Shown: piece after piece, positions 28,771 to 38,760 of the stretch | How positions within the stretch are numbered: position 1 is the first letter of the stretch | How the letters are laid out: every line of letters begins with the position of its first letter | From: Gaiellales bacterium | GTDB lineage: Bacteria > Actinomycetota > Thermoleophilia > Gaiellales > JAICJC01 | Direction of reading: 5' to 3' | NCBI GenBank assembly: GCA_038212095.1 | Contig: JBBQUW010000012.1 | Location: 3,526 to 67,525 of the forward strand | DNA: 64,000 nucleotides | The notes under the pieces: generated by a model | What the model was told of the DNA's origin: nothing | The model's input: the letters and a program-made list of their open reading frames with translations, nothing else | Databases searched by the model: none | Translations under genes and position numbers: made by a program

Positions 28771-30837
28771 GTGCGGGTGACGCGCAGCCCGCGACCCTCT
28801 CACAGCGATCGGCGCGGTCGCAGGGCACGCGCTCGGCGGCGTCGCGCCGTGGCCGGCACGCTGGCAGTGGCGCTGCTGGTGGTGGTGGTGGGCTACCTGG
28901 TCGCCGGCCGTTCGTCGTCGCACCCGACGGCTGCGACCGGTAACTCGTCGAGCCGGTCGACCACCGGTACCGGCGCGACCGGCAACGCGTCGACGGGCGG
29001 CCCTCCGCCCAAGCCGGTGGTGCGTGTGCGCCACCTGGCCACGCTTGCCACCGCAGTACAGGACGCGGCCGTGGCTGCGTTGGGGAATCGGGTGTTCGTG
29101 TTCGGCGGCCTGGACAGCTCGGGCGCGTCGACGACGGCCATCAGCTCGGTGAACGGCGCCCAGGTCACGTCTGCCGGGACGCTGCCGGTGGCGGTGCACG
29201 ATGCCGCCGCCGCCGCCGTGGCCGGCCGGCTGCTGGTGTTGGGAGGTGGACAGGTGCAGAGCTACCCCGGCATCGGCCGCTTCGATCCGGTCAGCGGGCA
29301 GACGCACCTGATCGCCCAGCTGACCACGCCGCTCAGCGATCTTGCCGCCGCCACGATCGGCAGCACCGTGTACGTGGTCGGTGGGTACACCGGCTCGGCC
29401 TGGTCGAACCGTGTCGAGGCCGTCGCGGGCACCAAGGTGACGGTTGTCGGGCACCTGCCGATCGCCCTTCGCTATGCCGCGGTCGCACCGATTGGCAGCG
29501 ACGTGCTGATTGCAGGCGGCCGGACGCAGAACGGCGTCAGCGCCGCCGTCTACCGCTTCACGCCTGCCACCGGGCGGGTTGTCCAGATCGGCTCGTTGCG
29601 CCAGCCGGTGATGCACGCCGGCGCCGGCCTGCTGGGCGGCTCGATGTACGTGGTGGGCGGCATCGACGCCGCAGGCCGTGCGGTGACGGCGGTGCAATCG
29701 GTGTCTGCGAGCGGAGCGTCCAAGGTGGCCGCGCAACTGCCCCACGCCCTGTCGGATGCCGGCGTCGCGACCGGCCACGACAGGATCGTGGTGGTGGGCG
29801 GTAACGATGGCTCGGCTGCCGTCGCCTCGGTGCTCCAGATCGAGCTCGGCCCGGCGACGACCCAGCCGGCTGCGACGCCGGCGACGGGCACAGGTCCGCC
29901 TGCCATGTTCCGCGGCCCGCTGCCTGGCGACCTGCTGATCGCCGACCGCGGCAACAACCGGATGTTGATCGTCAACCCGCTCGGCCACATCATCTGGCGC
30001 TATCCCAGCCGGCCGGGCCAGCGCAAGCTGATGTTCGACGACGACGCCTTCTTCACGCCGGGCGGCCACTCGATCATCTCGAACGAGGAGGACAACCACG
30101 ACATCGTCGAGATCTCCTACCCGTCCGGGCACGTCGTCTGGAGCTACGGCCGCTCCGGCCACCCCGGATCCGCCGCCGGGTACCTGAACACGCCTGACGA
30201 CGCGTATCGGCTCCGCAACGGGCTGGTGATCGTCTCGGACAACAAGAACTGCCGCCTGATCGAGATCCGCGGCAAGAAGATCGTGCGTTCGATCGGCCGC
30301 TCCGGCTACTGCGTCCACAATCCGCCCAGCGGACTGGCGTCGCCCAACGGCGATACACCGCTGCCGAACGGCAACATCCTCGTCTCCGAGATCACCGGAT
30401 CGTGGGTTGACGAGATCACGATGAACGGCAAGCTGGTGCGCAGCCTGCACGCGCCGGTGGCGTACCCGTCCGACCCCCAGCTGACGCTGGACGGCAACAT
30501 CCTGCTGTCGGATTACTCCAGCCCGGGCGGCGTCGTCATCATCGACCGCCAGACCGGCAAGCTGCTGTGGCGCTACCAGGCTGTCAACGCGGCGGCACAG
30601 CTCGATCACCCGAGCCTCGCGGCGATGCTGCCCAACGGCAAGATCATCGTGGTCGACGATTACAACGATCGGATCGTCATCATCAACCCGGGCACACAGC
30701 GGATCGTGTGGCAGTACGGCCATCGGGGCGTGGGTAGCACGGCTGCCGGCTATCTGCACCTGCCCGACGGGTTCGACTTCATCCCTGTCACCGACGCCGG
30801 CAAGCCGAACCCGTCCGCGATCGTGCACGGCCGATGA
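28771..30837 (+). CDS. membrane-anchored Kelch-repeat plus beta-propeller protein
   Basis: N-terminal TM, six Kelch-like (V/Y)xxGG repeats, second propeller with IADRGNNR and PDDA repeats. Confidence 0.75.
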   Translation: MRVTRSPRPSHSDRRGRRARARRRRAVAGTLAVALLVVVVGYLVAGRSSSHPTAATGNSSSRSTTGTGATGNASTGGPPPKPVVRVRHLATLATAVQDAAVAALGNRVFVFGGLDSSGASTTAISSVNGAQVTSAGTLPVAVHDAAAAAVAGRLLVLGGGQVQSYPGIGRFDPVSGQTHLIAQLTTPLSDLAAATIGSTVYVVGGYTGSAWSNRVEAVAGTKVTVVGHLPIALRYAAVAPIGSDVLIAGGRTQNGVSAAVYRFTPATGRVVQIGSLRQPVMHAGAGLLGGSMYVVGGIDAAGRAVTAVQSVSASGASKVAAQLPHALSDAGVATGHDRIVVVGGNDGSAAVASVLQIELGPATTQPAATPATGTGPPAMFRGPLPGDLLIADRGNNRMLIVNPLGHIIWRYPSRPGQRKLMFDDDAFFTPGGHSIISNEEDNHDIVEISYPSGHVVWSYGRSGHPGSAAGYLNTPDDAYRLRNGLVIVSDNKNCRLIEIRGKKIVRSIGRSGYCVHNPPSGLASPNGDTPLPNGNILVSEITGSWVDEITMNGKLVRSLHAPVAYPSDPQLTLDGNILLSDYSSPGGVVIIDRQTGKLLWRYQAVNAAAQLDHPSLAAMLPNGKIIVVDDYNDRIVIINPGTQRIVWQYGHRGVGSTAAGYLHLPDGFDFIPVTDAGKPNPSAIVHGR

Positions 30838-31991
30838 CGGTTGATCGGGGCCACGACGTGATCGAGCCGTTTGCCTCCCAGCTGCCGGTGAGGATCCGGT
30901 TCGGTGAGGGCACGACGGCGTCGCTGCCAGAGCTGGTGGCCGGCCGGCGCGCGCTGGCAATCGTCGAGCGGGCGGTGGTGGAGATCCCATCGGTGGCCGC
31001 GGCGATCGATGGCATCGAGCTGATCGAGAAGCCCCCGGGCGAGCCGACGTTTGCAACGGTGGAGGCGGCGGCGGCGCGCGTCGCCGCGCTCTCGCCGTTG
31101 GTGATCGTGGCGATCGGTGGCGGCTCCGCGATCGATCTCGCCAAGGCCGCGCGCTTGGTGGCAGGCCAGGGCCAGCCGTTCCAGCGGTTCGTGGCCGGCA
31201 AGGTGCCGGTGCTGCCGCCGGTCGTCGAGCTGATCGCGGTGCCGACCACCTCCGGCACCGGCAGCGAGGTGTCGGGCGGAGCGGTGGTCGTGGACAGCCG
31301 GGAGGGGCGCAAGCTTGGTGCCGCGCATCCGCTGATGCGGGCGCAGGACGCGGTGGTCGACCCGCTGCTGACGCTGGGGCTGCCCCGCGACGCGACCGCG
31401 TGGACGGGCGCCGATGCGCTGGCCCAGGCGATCGGCGGCGTGATCGTCTCGAACGGCAATCCGCTCTCGGTGACCGTCGGGCTGGAGGCGTGCCGGCACG
31501 TGGCGGCCGGTCTGGCCGCCGCAGTGAGCGACGGTAGCGACCGTGACGCGCGGGCCGCGATGAGCCTCGGAAGCCTGCTCGCCGGTCTGGCTATGAACCT
31601 GTCTGACTGTGGCGCTGACCATGCGCTCGGTCACTCGATCGGCTCGACGCTCGGGCTGCCGCACGGGCTGACCGTGGGTCTGATGCTGGCAGAGACGCTG
31701 GAGGTCAACCGGCCTTGGTGCGGCGACCGTCTGGAGCGGGTGGCAGATGCTCTGGGCGAGCCGGACGACGATACCGGCGATGGCTCGCGCGCGGTACGCG
31801 CGGTGCGCAGGCTGCTGGCCGAGATCGACCTGCCGACACTGCGAGACGTGGGCGTGGAGGAGGGTCACATCGACCGGTTGGTGGAACTCTCACTGGCGGA
31901 CTACTGCCTGACGGTGAACCCACGCGTGTGGAGCGAAGGGGATGTGCGGTCGGCGTACGCCGCGGCGCTCGCGCTCGAGCGCCGGAGCTAG
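30834..31991 (+). CDS. iron-containing alcohol dehydrogenase family protein
   Basis: GGGSAIDLAK, PTTSGTGSE, HALGH, PHG. Confidence 0.9.
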   Translation: MTVDRGHDVIEPFASQLPVRIRFGEGTTASLPELVAGRRALAIVERAVVEIPSVAAAIDGIELIEKPPGEPTFATVEAAAARVAALSPLVIVAIGGGSAIDLAKAARLVAGQGQPFQRFVAGKVPVLPPVVELIAVPTTSGTGSEVSGGAVVVDSREGRKLGAAHPLMRAQDAVVDPLLTLGLPRDATAWTGADALAQAIGGVIVSNGNPLSVTVGLEACRHVAAGLAAAVSDGSDRDARAAMSLGSLLAGLAMNLSDCGADHALGHSIGSTLGLPHGLTVGLMLAETLEVNRPWCGDRLERVADALGEPDDDTGDGSRAVRAVRRLLAEIDLPTLRDVGVEEGHIDRLVELSLADYCLTVNPRVWSEGDVRSAYAAALALERRS

Positions 31992-32001
31992 GCCCCAGCC
32001 T

Positions 32002-32066
32002 GGTGCCTGGCACCGCAGCCCCGTGCCTGACACCGTGCCTGGCACCACAGCCCCGTGCCTGGCACC
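32002..32066. repeat. cluster of GTGCC(T/A)GGCAC palindromic (REP-like) units
   Basis: Four units between convergent genes; the same unit recurs at 41843-42021. Confidence 0.75.
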
Positions 32067-32123
32067 AGTTCGGCCGGCGTCGACGGGTGGCCTGGCCGGC
32101 TCGGTCGGTCGCGTGGTTCGCGC

Positions 32124-32429
32124 TCACATCTCGACCTGGATCTCGCCGTCCTGCTCACGTACCGGAAACGTCTCCAGCGACGCAACCGCCGGGCCCACCA
32201 GCGCCTCGCCGGTGCGGATGTCGAACACGGCGCCGTGGCAGTAGCACTCGACCCGACGCTCGCTCAGCTGGCCCTGCGAGAGCGGGCACTCCTCGTGGGT
32301 ACACCAGCCCTCGAACGCGTACAGGCCGTCCGTGCGGGCGACCACGATCGGCTCGCCGCGGTTGTCGACCTCGATCATCTCGCCCTCGGGCAGGTCGGCG
32401 CTGCGGCCGACCGTCGTCCACGCGGCCAC
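32124..32429 (-). CDS. Rieske-type [2Fe-2S] ferredoxin
   Basis: CTHE...CYCHG. Confidence 0.9.
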   Translation of the reverse strand: MAAWTTVGRSADLPEGEMIEVDNRGEPIVVARTDGLYAFEGWCTHEECPLSQGQLSERRVECYCHGAVFDIRTGEALVGPAVASLETFPVREQDGEIQVEM

Positions 32430-32463
32430 GATCAGCTCCCCGCCATGCGAACCGGGATCACGA

Positions 32464-33792
32464 TCACAGGTGGTGGGTGTACTCGCGGAACTCCCAGTCG
32501 CTGACCCACGCCTTGTTGCGGGCCAGCTCGGCCGCCTTGATCGTGAGAAACGTCTCCACCAGCTCCGCGCCCATCGCCTGTTTGATGACGGTGTCGGCAT
32601 TGAGCGCCTCGATAGCGGCGTCGAACGTGCGCGGAAGCGGCGTGCAGTGCTCTGCCGCAGGATGCTCGTAGATCAGCCCCTCGAATGGCTCAGGTGGCTC
32701 CAGCTGGCGGCGGATGCCGTCCATGCCGGCGAACAGCGCCGCGGCGGTCGCCAGGTAGGGGTTCGACGAGCCGTCGCCCAGCCGCAGCTCGATCCGGGTC
32801 GCCTTGCCCCGCTCGCGCGGCACCCTCGCCATGCACAGCCGGTTGTCATGCCCCCAGCTCACCAGCGTCGGCACCAGCGCCTCCTCGGTGATGCGGTGAT
32901 AGGCATTGACAGTCGGGTTGAAGAAGGCCATCAGCGCCGGTCCGTGCTCGAGTATTCCAGCCAGGAAGTGGTGAGCCAGCGGCGACAGGCCCTCCGCCTG
33001 GTCGCCGTTCAGCAGGTTCGCGCCGGAGTCGTCGGCCAGTGAGAGGTGGAGGTGGAAGCCGGAGCCTTCGTCGTCGTTCCACGGCTTGCCGATGAACGTC
33101 GCCAGCAGCCCGTTCAGCGCCGACATCTCCTTGACCGTGGTCTTGAACAGGAAAGCGCGATCGGCGGCGTCAAGCGCGTCCGAGTGGCGCAGGTTGATCT
33201 CATATTGCGATCGCCCAAACTCGTGGTTGGCCGCGTACGCGCCCAGGCCCAGGTCGGCGCAGGCGTGCATCATCTGGCGCAGCAGGCCGCGCGGATCGGC
33301 CACCGCGCCCACCGTATAGACGTGGCTGTCGTTGTTGACGTAGCGCGTGTAGCCGTTGGGGGCGTTGGCATCGGCCTGGCAGAGGTAGAACTCAAGCTCC
33401 GGCCCCATCACCGGCACCAGCCCCTCGCTGGTGTACTCGGCCACCGCCCGCCTCAGCACGGCCCGCGAGTCGACGCCAAACGGCGAGCCGTCCATCCGGG
33501 TCAGGTCGGCGATGCACCAGGCCACCTCGGGATCCCACGGGATGCGGGCGATCGTATCCTGATCGGGCCGGGCGACGATGTCCTGGAACCCGTGCTCGAA
33601 CCCCGCCACCACGTTGTGGCGGAGGTCGACCGTCATAATCGCCTCGCAGTGTGCCGCACCGTCGTCGGCGAGATGCTGGAAGAAGCTGGCCGGGAACTCC
33701 TTGCCGCGGCAGATGCCATGCAGGTCGGGGTAGCAGATGCGGACGGTGGTAACGCCGTCCCGTTCGAGCTCTGCCAGCTTGCTTTCCGCCAT
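32464..33792 (-). CDS. glutamine synthetase-family protein (gamma-glutamylamine ligase-like)
   Basis: DLHGICRGK, GPELEFY, HEFGRSQYEIN, GSGFHLH, RIELR. Confidence 0.9.
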   Translation of the reverse strand: MAESKLAELERDGVTTVRICYPDLHGICRGKEFPASFFQHLADDGAAHCEAIMTVDLRHNVVAGFEHGFQDIVARPDQDTIARIPWDPEVAWCIADLTRMDGSPFGVDSRAVLRRAVAEYTSEGLVPVMGPELEFYLCQADANAPNGYTRYVNNDSHVYTVGAVADPRGLLRQMMHACADLGLGAYAANHEFGRSQYEINLRHSDALDAADRAFLFKTTVKEMSALNGLLATFIGKPWNDDEGSGFHLHLSLADDSGANLLNGDQAEGLSPLAHHFLAGILEHGPALMAFFNPTVNAYHRITEEALVPTLVSWGHDNRLCMARVPRERGKATRIELRLGDGSSNPYLATAAALFAGMDGIRRQLEPPEPFEGLIYEHPAAEHCTPLPRTFDAAIEALNADTVIKQAMGAELVETFLTIKAAELARNKAWVSDWEFREYTHHL

Positions 33793-33822
33793 CTAACCGC
33801 CCTTTCCGAGAGTGTCAGTCTG

Positions 33823-35067
33823 TCATGCGCGGGTGACGCGCACTGGCATCGACTTGTACGCGTTTGTGAAGTTCGACTCGACCCGCCGTGCCGGCGCCGT
33901 CTGCTCGATGCTACCCATCCTGGGTAGCAGCTCCTCGAACAGGATCCGCGTCTCCAGCTTGGCCAGATGGGCGCCGAGGCAGAAGTGAGGGCCACCGCGC
34001 CCGAACGTGACGTGGTTGTTGGGTCGCCGCTCGATGTCGAAGCGCAACGGGTCGGGGAACTGCCGCTCGTCGTTGTTGCCCGAGATCAGCCACACCACCA
34101 CCTTGTCACCGGCACTGATACGGCTGCCGTGCATCTCGAGGTCGACCGTGGCGGTGCGCCGGAAGTGGATCACCGGCGATGCCCAGCGCATGATCTCGTC
34201 CACCGCCGTCGACATCAGCTCCGGCTGGGCGCGCAGCCGCGCCATCGCGTCGGGGTGGTCGATCAGCGCCTTCATGCCGTGGGCGATCGACTGGCGGGTG
34301 GTCTCGTTGCCGGCCACTACGAGCAGCAGGAACATCGTGTCGAACTCCTGCTCGGTCAGCCGCCTTCCATCCTCGTCCTCCCAGTTCACGAGCTTGGAGA
34401 CCAGGTCATCCTTGGGATCGTCGCGGCGGATGCCGGCGATCCGGTGCCCGTAACGGAACACCTCCATCGCGTACGGGCTGCGGAACGGATACAGGCGGTA
34501 CTCGGCGCTCTCTGGGCTGGCCGGGTGCAGGCCGCCCATGTCGGGGTCGGTGTTGCCGATCATCTTGTCGCCCCACTCGATCAGCTGGTCGTCATCGGTC
34601 AGCGGCACGCCTAGGATCCGGCACAACACCTGGATCGGCAGCTGCTTGGCGACCTCCTCGATGAAGTCGAACTCGCCCATCGGCAGGGCGTCGTCCAGGA
34701 TCGAGCGGGTCAGCTCCCGCAGCAGCTGCTCGTATGCCGCCACCGCCCGCGGCGTGAAGCCCTTGTTGACGATCGCGCGCAGGCTGGAGTGCTTGGGAGG
34801 ATCGGTGTCGAGCATCGACTTGCGAGCCTCGAGCTGGTCGGGCTCGAGATCCTCCAGCGCGGTCGCTCCGGTCTCACTCGAGAACGATCGCCAGTCCTTC
34901 AGCACCGTCACGACGTCGTCGTAGCGGGTGATGCACCAGAAGCCCTTGCCGTGCTCCCAGTCGTACCAGTGGACGGGAGCCTGGTCGCGCAGTAGGGCGA
35001 ACGTCTCGTACGGGACACGCTCGGCGAAGGCGTCGTTGTCGAGGTGGACGTCGGCCAGCGATGTCAC
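33823..35067 (-). CDS. cytochrome P450
   Basis: AGNETT, EIMR, FGRGGPHFCLG. Confidence 0.96.
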   Translation of the reverse strand: MTSLADVHLDNDAFAERVPYETFALLRDQAPVHWYDWEHGKGFWCITRYDDVVTVLKDWRSFSSETGATALEDLEPDQLEARKSMLDTDPPKHSSLRAIVNKGFTPRAVAAYEQLLRELTRSILDDALPMGEFDFIEEVAKQLPIQVLCRILGVPLTDDDQLIEWGDKMIGNTDPDMGGLHPASPESAEYRLYPFRSPYAMEVFRYGHRIAGIRRDDPKDDLVSKLVNWEDEDGRRLTEQEFDTMFLLLVVAGNETTRQSIAHGMKALIDHPDAMARLRAQPELMSTAVDEIMRWASPVIHFRRTATVDLEMHGSRISAGDKVVVWLISGNNDERQFPDPLRFDIERRPNNHVTFGRGGPHFCLGAHLAKLETRILFEELLPRMGSIEQTAPARRVESNFTNAYKSMPVRVTRA

Positions 35068-36512
35068 GCGGTCGTCCCCTCCATGATCTGCAGCGTCTTG
35101 AGGTCAGAGTAGAAGTCGAGCGCGTACTCGCCGCCCTCGCGGCCGATGCCGCTGATTCCGACTCCGCCGAACGGCGCCGTCAGGTCGCGCACCAGGAAGC
35201 TGTTCACCCACACCGTACCGGCGCGAACGGCGCTGCCGACCCGCTCGGCGCGCGCCTGCGAGCCGGTGTAGATGATCGCCGACAGCCCGTAGGCGGTCGA
35301 GTTCGCGAGCGCAACGGCCTCGGCCTCGTCGCGGAACGTCTGGAAGGTCAGCACGGGGCCGAACACCTCTCGCTGCACCACCTCGGAGTCATTCGATCGC
35401 GGCTCGATCAGGGTCGGCTCGTACCACAGACCGCCTATCTCCGCTCGCCGGCCGCCTCGCGCGATCCGGTCACCGGCGCCGCGCGCACGCTCGACGAAGC
35501 CCTCCACCCGGGCCAGGTGGTCGGGGTGGATGAGGGGCGAGATGGTGGTGCGTCCGTCGCGCGGGTCGCCCAGCACCTGCGCGTCGACGCCGGCGTGGAA
35601 GCGCTCCAGGAACGCATCGCGGATCGACTCCTCCACCAGCAGCCGCGTGCCGGCCAGGCAGACCTGGCCGGCATCGTCATACTGACCGGAGGCCTTCGCC
35701 GCCGCCGCATCGAGGTCGCTGTCGGCGAACACGATCAGCGGGCCCTTGCCGCCCAGCTCGGCGGTGAACGGCACGATGTTGGCGGCCGCTGCGGCGCCTA
35801 TCAGCCGCCCCGTCTCGGGCGAGCCGGTGAAGCTGATCCGCCGCAGTCCTGGGTCGGCCACCAGCAGCGCCCCGGCCTCCTCGCCGATGCCCTGCACAAG
35901 GTTGAACACCCCGGCCGGGATGCCGGCCTCGGCCACCAGGTCGGCCAGCAGCGAGCACGACAGCGGTGCCCACTCTGGCGGCTTCAGGATCACCGTGCAG
36001 CCGGCGGCCAGACCGGGCGCCGTCTTCCACGTGGACAACATGAACGGCGCGTTCCAGGGCGTGATCACCGCCGCCGGGCCGCTCGACATCCGCAGCACGC
36101 GGTTGGCGGTGCCGTTCGAGCTCCACCGCCGCTCCTGGTACGCCTCGGCCAGGTCGGCATAGGCGCGGTAGTTGCGGGCGCCACGGGCGATCACCCGCGC
36201 CCGCAGGGAGCGCTCCAGCATCGCCATGTCGAGGCACTCCACGGTTGCGATGCGATCGACGCTGTCGTCGATAAGGTCGGCCAGCCGCCGCAGATAGACG
36301 GCGCGGCCGGCAGCACCCAGCGCCGCCCAGGCCGGAAACGCGCGGCTGGCGGCGGCCACCGCCAGATCGACCTCGCGGCGGCCGCCTCGCGCGACGTCTG
36401 CCAGCTCGCTCTGGTCGATCGGGCTGATGTCGGTGAACGTGTCGTCCGAGGGCACGCGCTCGCCGTCGATGAAGTGGTCGGGCGAGACAGCGATGCCGGC
36501 CACCGCGGTCAC
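35064..36512 (-). CDS. aldehyde dehydrogenase (hydroxymuconic-semialdehyde dehydrogenase-like)
   Basis: ITPWNAP, FTGS, ELGGK, GQVC, EVFGPV, VRDLTAPFGG. Confidence 0.9.
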   Translation of the reverse strand: MTAVAGIAVSPDHFIDGERVPSDDTFTDISPIDQSELADVARGGRREVDLAVAAASRAFPAWAALGAAGRAVYLRRLADLIDDSVDRIATVECLDMAMLERSLRARVIARGARNYRAYADLAEAYQERRWSSNGTANRVLRMSSGPAAVITPWNAPFMLSTWKTAPGLAAGCTVILKPPEWAPLSCSLLADLVAEAGIPAGVFNLVQGIGEEAGALLVADPGLRRISFTGSPETGRLIGAAAAANIVPFTAELGGKGPLIVFADSDLDAAAAKASGQYDDAGQVCLAGTRLLVEESIRDAFLERFHAGVDAQVLGDPRDGRTTISPLIHPDHLARVEGFVERARGAGDRIARGGRRAEIGGLWYEPTLIEPRSNDSEVVQREVFGPVLTFQTFRDEAEAVALANSTAYGLSAIIYTGSQARAERVGSAVRAGTVWVNSFLVRDLTAPFGGVGISGIGREGGEYALDFYSDLKTLQIMEGTTA

Positions 36513-37291
36513 AGCTCGCGCACCGTCTCCAGGTCGTCGACTGTGTAGGCGAATTGGAAGCGGAACCCCTTGCCGACCCGCACGGGCGCCAGCTCGGCAT
36601 GCTCCTCGCCGGGCGCGGCGTGCAGCACAAGCGTTGCCGCGCCCTCATGGATCGATGAGATCGAGCGGTCGCTGCTGCGCGCCCGCACCAGCTCGTGCAC
36701 GGCCGGCTGCTGCCAGCGCCCGGCCTCCAGGCGCGGAAAGTGGCGGCGGTTGATCAGCGGTGGGTCGTTGTGCGTGGGGCCACTCTCGCTGATCCGCTCC
36801 GGAGTCACCGATCCCTCAGCCAGCAGCCTGCCGTGGGCGGCCAGCGTGCCGGCGAACGTCCGACCCTCGGCCTTGCTGTCCAGCCCGAACCTGCGGGTCA
36901 TGTGCACCTCACCCAGCTTCTTGGGGAAGCCCTGGATCCAGCCCCGGATCAAGGCGAAGTCACGGTCGACCCAGATGTAGGGGCACGTGGTGACGTGCTG
37001 GGAGCCGAGCATCGCGTTGGCAACCAGGAAGAACTCCTTGTACTGGCCGCGCACCGGATCCAGCAGCTCCTCGCCGGAGTCCGAGCAGGACTGCCAGTCG
37101 ACGAACAGCGCAGCGCAGCGGCCCGGATCGTCCGCGAACGGCGTCAGCCCCTCCGGCAGCACCGCCGCCACAGCGTCGGGGTCGGCCCAGTACTCGATCA
37201 CCAGAAAGTCGCCGACGTAGTGCCATGGCGGCGCGGGGATGATCGAGGCCGATCCTCCCGGCGACAGCGGCAGCGAGTAGCCGCGCGTCAC
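36509..37291 (-). CDS. acetoacetate decarboxylase-family protein
   Basis: PAPPWHY, RGWIQGFPKK. Confidence 0.85.
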   Translation of the reverse strand: MTRGYSLPLSPGGSASIIPAPPWHYVGDFLVIEYWADPDAVAAVLPEGLTPFADDPGRCAALFVDWQSCSDSGEELLDPVRGQYKEFFLVANAMLGSQHVTTCPYIWVDRDFALIRGWIQGFPKKLGEVHMTRRFGLDSKAEGRTFAGTLAAHGRLLAEGSVTPERISESGPTHNDPPLINRRHFPRLEAGRWQQPAVHELVRARSSDRSISSIHEGAATLVLHAAPGEEHAELAPVRVGKGFRFQFAYTVDDLETVREL

Positions 37292-38760
37292 GCCGCGCCC
37301 TCGGTCAGGAACTGCTCCACCAGCGACTCGGCGAAGGTCTTGTCGGCGATCGTGTAGGCCAGCGCCGTCATCCGATATGAGTCCGACAGGTAGAAGCGCT
37401 CGTACAGCTCGCCGCGTCCACCCAGGTCGCTGCCGATGTAGTCCCACGCCAGCCGGAACAGCCGGATCCGCCGTTCGGCGTCGGCCCCGGCCGCCTGGTA
37501 GTACTTGGCGATCTCGTCGGCCAGCGGCCCGCGCAAGTCGGCCTCGGACGGCGTGCACATGAAGCCGCCGCCCCCGATCAGCTGCAACAGCTCGCTGGCG
37601 TAGGGCAGCCACTTGGGCATCTCGCCGCGCAGCGCCAGGAACGGCCGGTCATCGGGATACCAGACGCCCCCCTCGTCGAGGGCCGAGCCTGCTTCGGCCG
37701 AGACCAGCCCGGAGCGGGTCAGCTCGACCATGTTCCAGATCTGGCCCAGCTTCTCCTGGATGTGGTCGAAACGGACAACGCCGGTGGTGTTGGCGATCAG
37801 GTGGCCGAGGCCGAGCGCGAACGAGAGCTTGACGTATGCGCGGGTGAACGCCTGGTGCATGATGTGGCCGCGCCAGCCGGTGTCGGTGATCACCTCCGAG
37901 TAGGACTCGGTGTCGCCGCAGAGGAACAGCCGATCCTTCGGCACCTCAACGTCGTCAAAGATGACGACTGCGTCCATCTCGTCGAACCGCGACGAGAGCG
38001 GGTAGTCGAAGCGACTGCGCTGCTTGGAGTAGCTGTCGCGGCAGATGAACTTGAGCCCCGGCGTGCCCATCGGCAGCGCGAACGCGAGCGCGTAGTTGCC
38101 GTCCTGGGGGCGGATGTCCGAGCCGGGGTAGATGGTCAGCTCGTCGGCGTAGGGGGCTAGCGTCGCCAGCATGCGGGCACCGCGCACGGTGATGTGGTTC
38201 TCGGTCTCGCCCACCTTGTGCAGGGCCACCTCGCCCATCGCCTGCTCCGCCTCGGGCTTGCTGCGGTCGACCTGCGGGTTCATGATCGAGTGGGTGGTGG
38301 AGAGGTCGCGGTCGCGCATCAGCTTCTGGTAGGCGACCAGGTTGGCTGCACCCTGCTCGTTGCCGCGGCGGGCCCACACGTCGGCGCGCCCGGCGAAGCA
38401 CGCGAAGGTGACGTTCAGGTAGTCCGGCGTGCGGCCCATCATGCCGGCCGTGACCGCTGCAGTCAGCTCGATCGCGTGGCGGCGGCGCTCCAGGTCGGCC
38501 TTGCTGCGCGGGATCAGGTGTGTGACGTTGACCAGCCGACCGTCGTCGGGCGAGGGGGCAAGCATCTCGTCGGCGTGTTCGTGCTGGAGGTCGTACACGC
38601 GCGCCATCGTCTCGGCCGCCGCGCGCAGTTGCGGGTGCTCGAGCGGGTGGCTGATCTTCTCGCCGTTCAGCCAGATCTCGCGGGCGTCGTCGCGCAGTCC
38701 GTCCAGGAACTCGCTGCCGGTGCGGGCCGCGATCGGTGTGGTCGTCTCGGTGGTCGCCAT
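37288..38760 (-). CDS. hpaB: 4-hydroxyphenylacetate 3-monooxygenase-type oxygenase component
   Basis: MGRTPDYLN, GLKFICR, LSSRFDEMDA, RGELYERFY. Confidence 0.85.
   Translation of the reverse strand: MATTETTTPIAARTGSEFLDGLRDDAREIWLNGEKISHPLEHPQLRAAAETMARVYDLQHEHADEMLAPSPDDGRLVNVTHLIPRSKADLERRRHAIELTAAVTAGMMGRTPDYLNVTFACFAGRADVWARRGNEQGAANLVAYQKLMRDRDLSTTHSIMNPQVDRSKPEAEQAMGEVALHKVGETENHITVRGARMLATLAPYADELTIYPGSDIRPQDGNYALAFALPMGTPGLKFICRDSYSKQRSRFDYPLSSRFDEMDAVVIFDDVEVPKDRLFLCGDTESYSEVITDTGWRGHIMHQAFTRAYVKLSFALGLGHLIANTTGVVRFDHIQEKLGQIWNMVELTRSGLVSAEAGSALDEGGVWYPDDRPFLALRGEMPKWLPYASELLQLIGGGGFMCTPSEADLRGPLADEIAKYYQAAGADAERRIRLFRLAWDYIGSDLGGRGELYERFYLSDSYRMTALAYTIADKTFAESLVEQFLTEGAA

Noticed and set aside
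28300-31056. 918-aa minus-strand ORF and similar long antisense ORFs (6546-8222, 26446-28002, 35061-36548)
   Set aside because: Shadow ORFs of high-GC genes that have clear motifs on the opposite strand.
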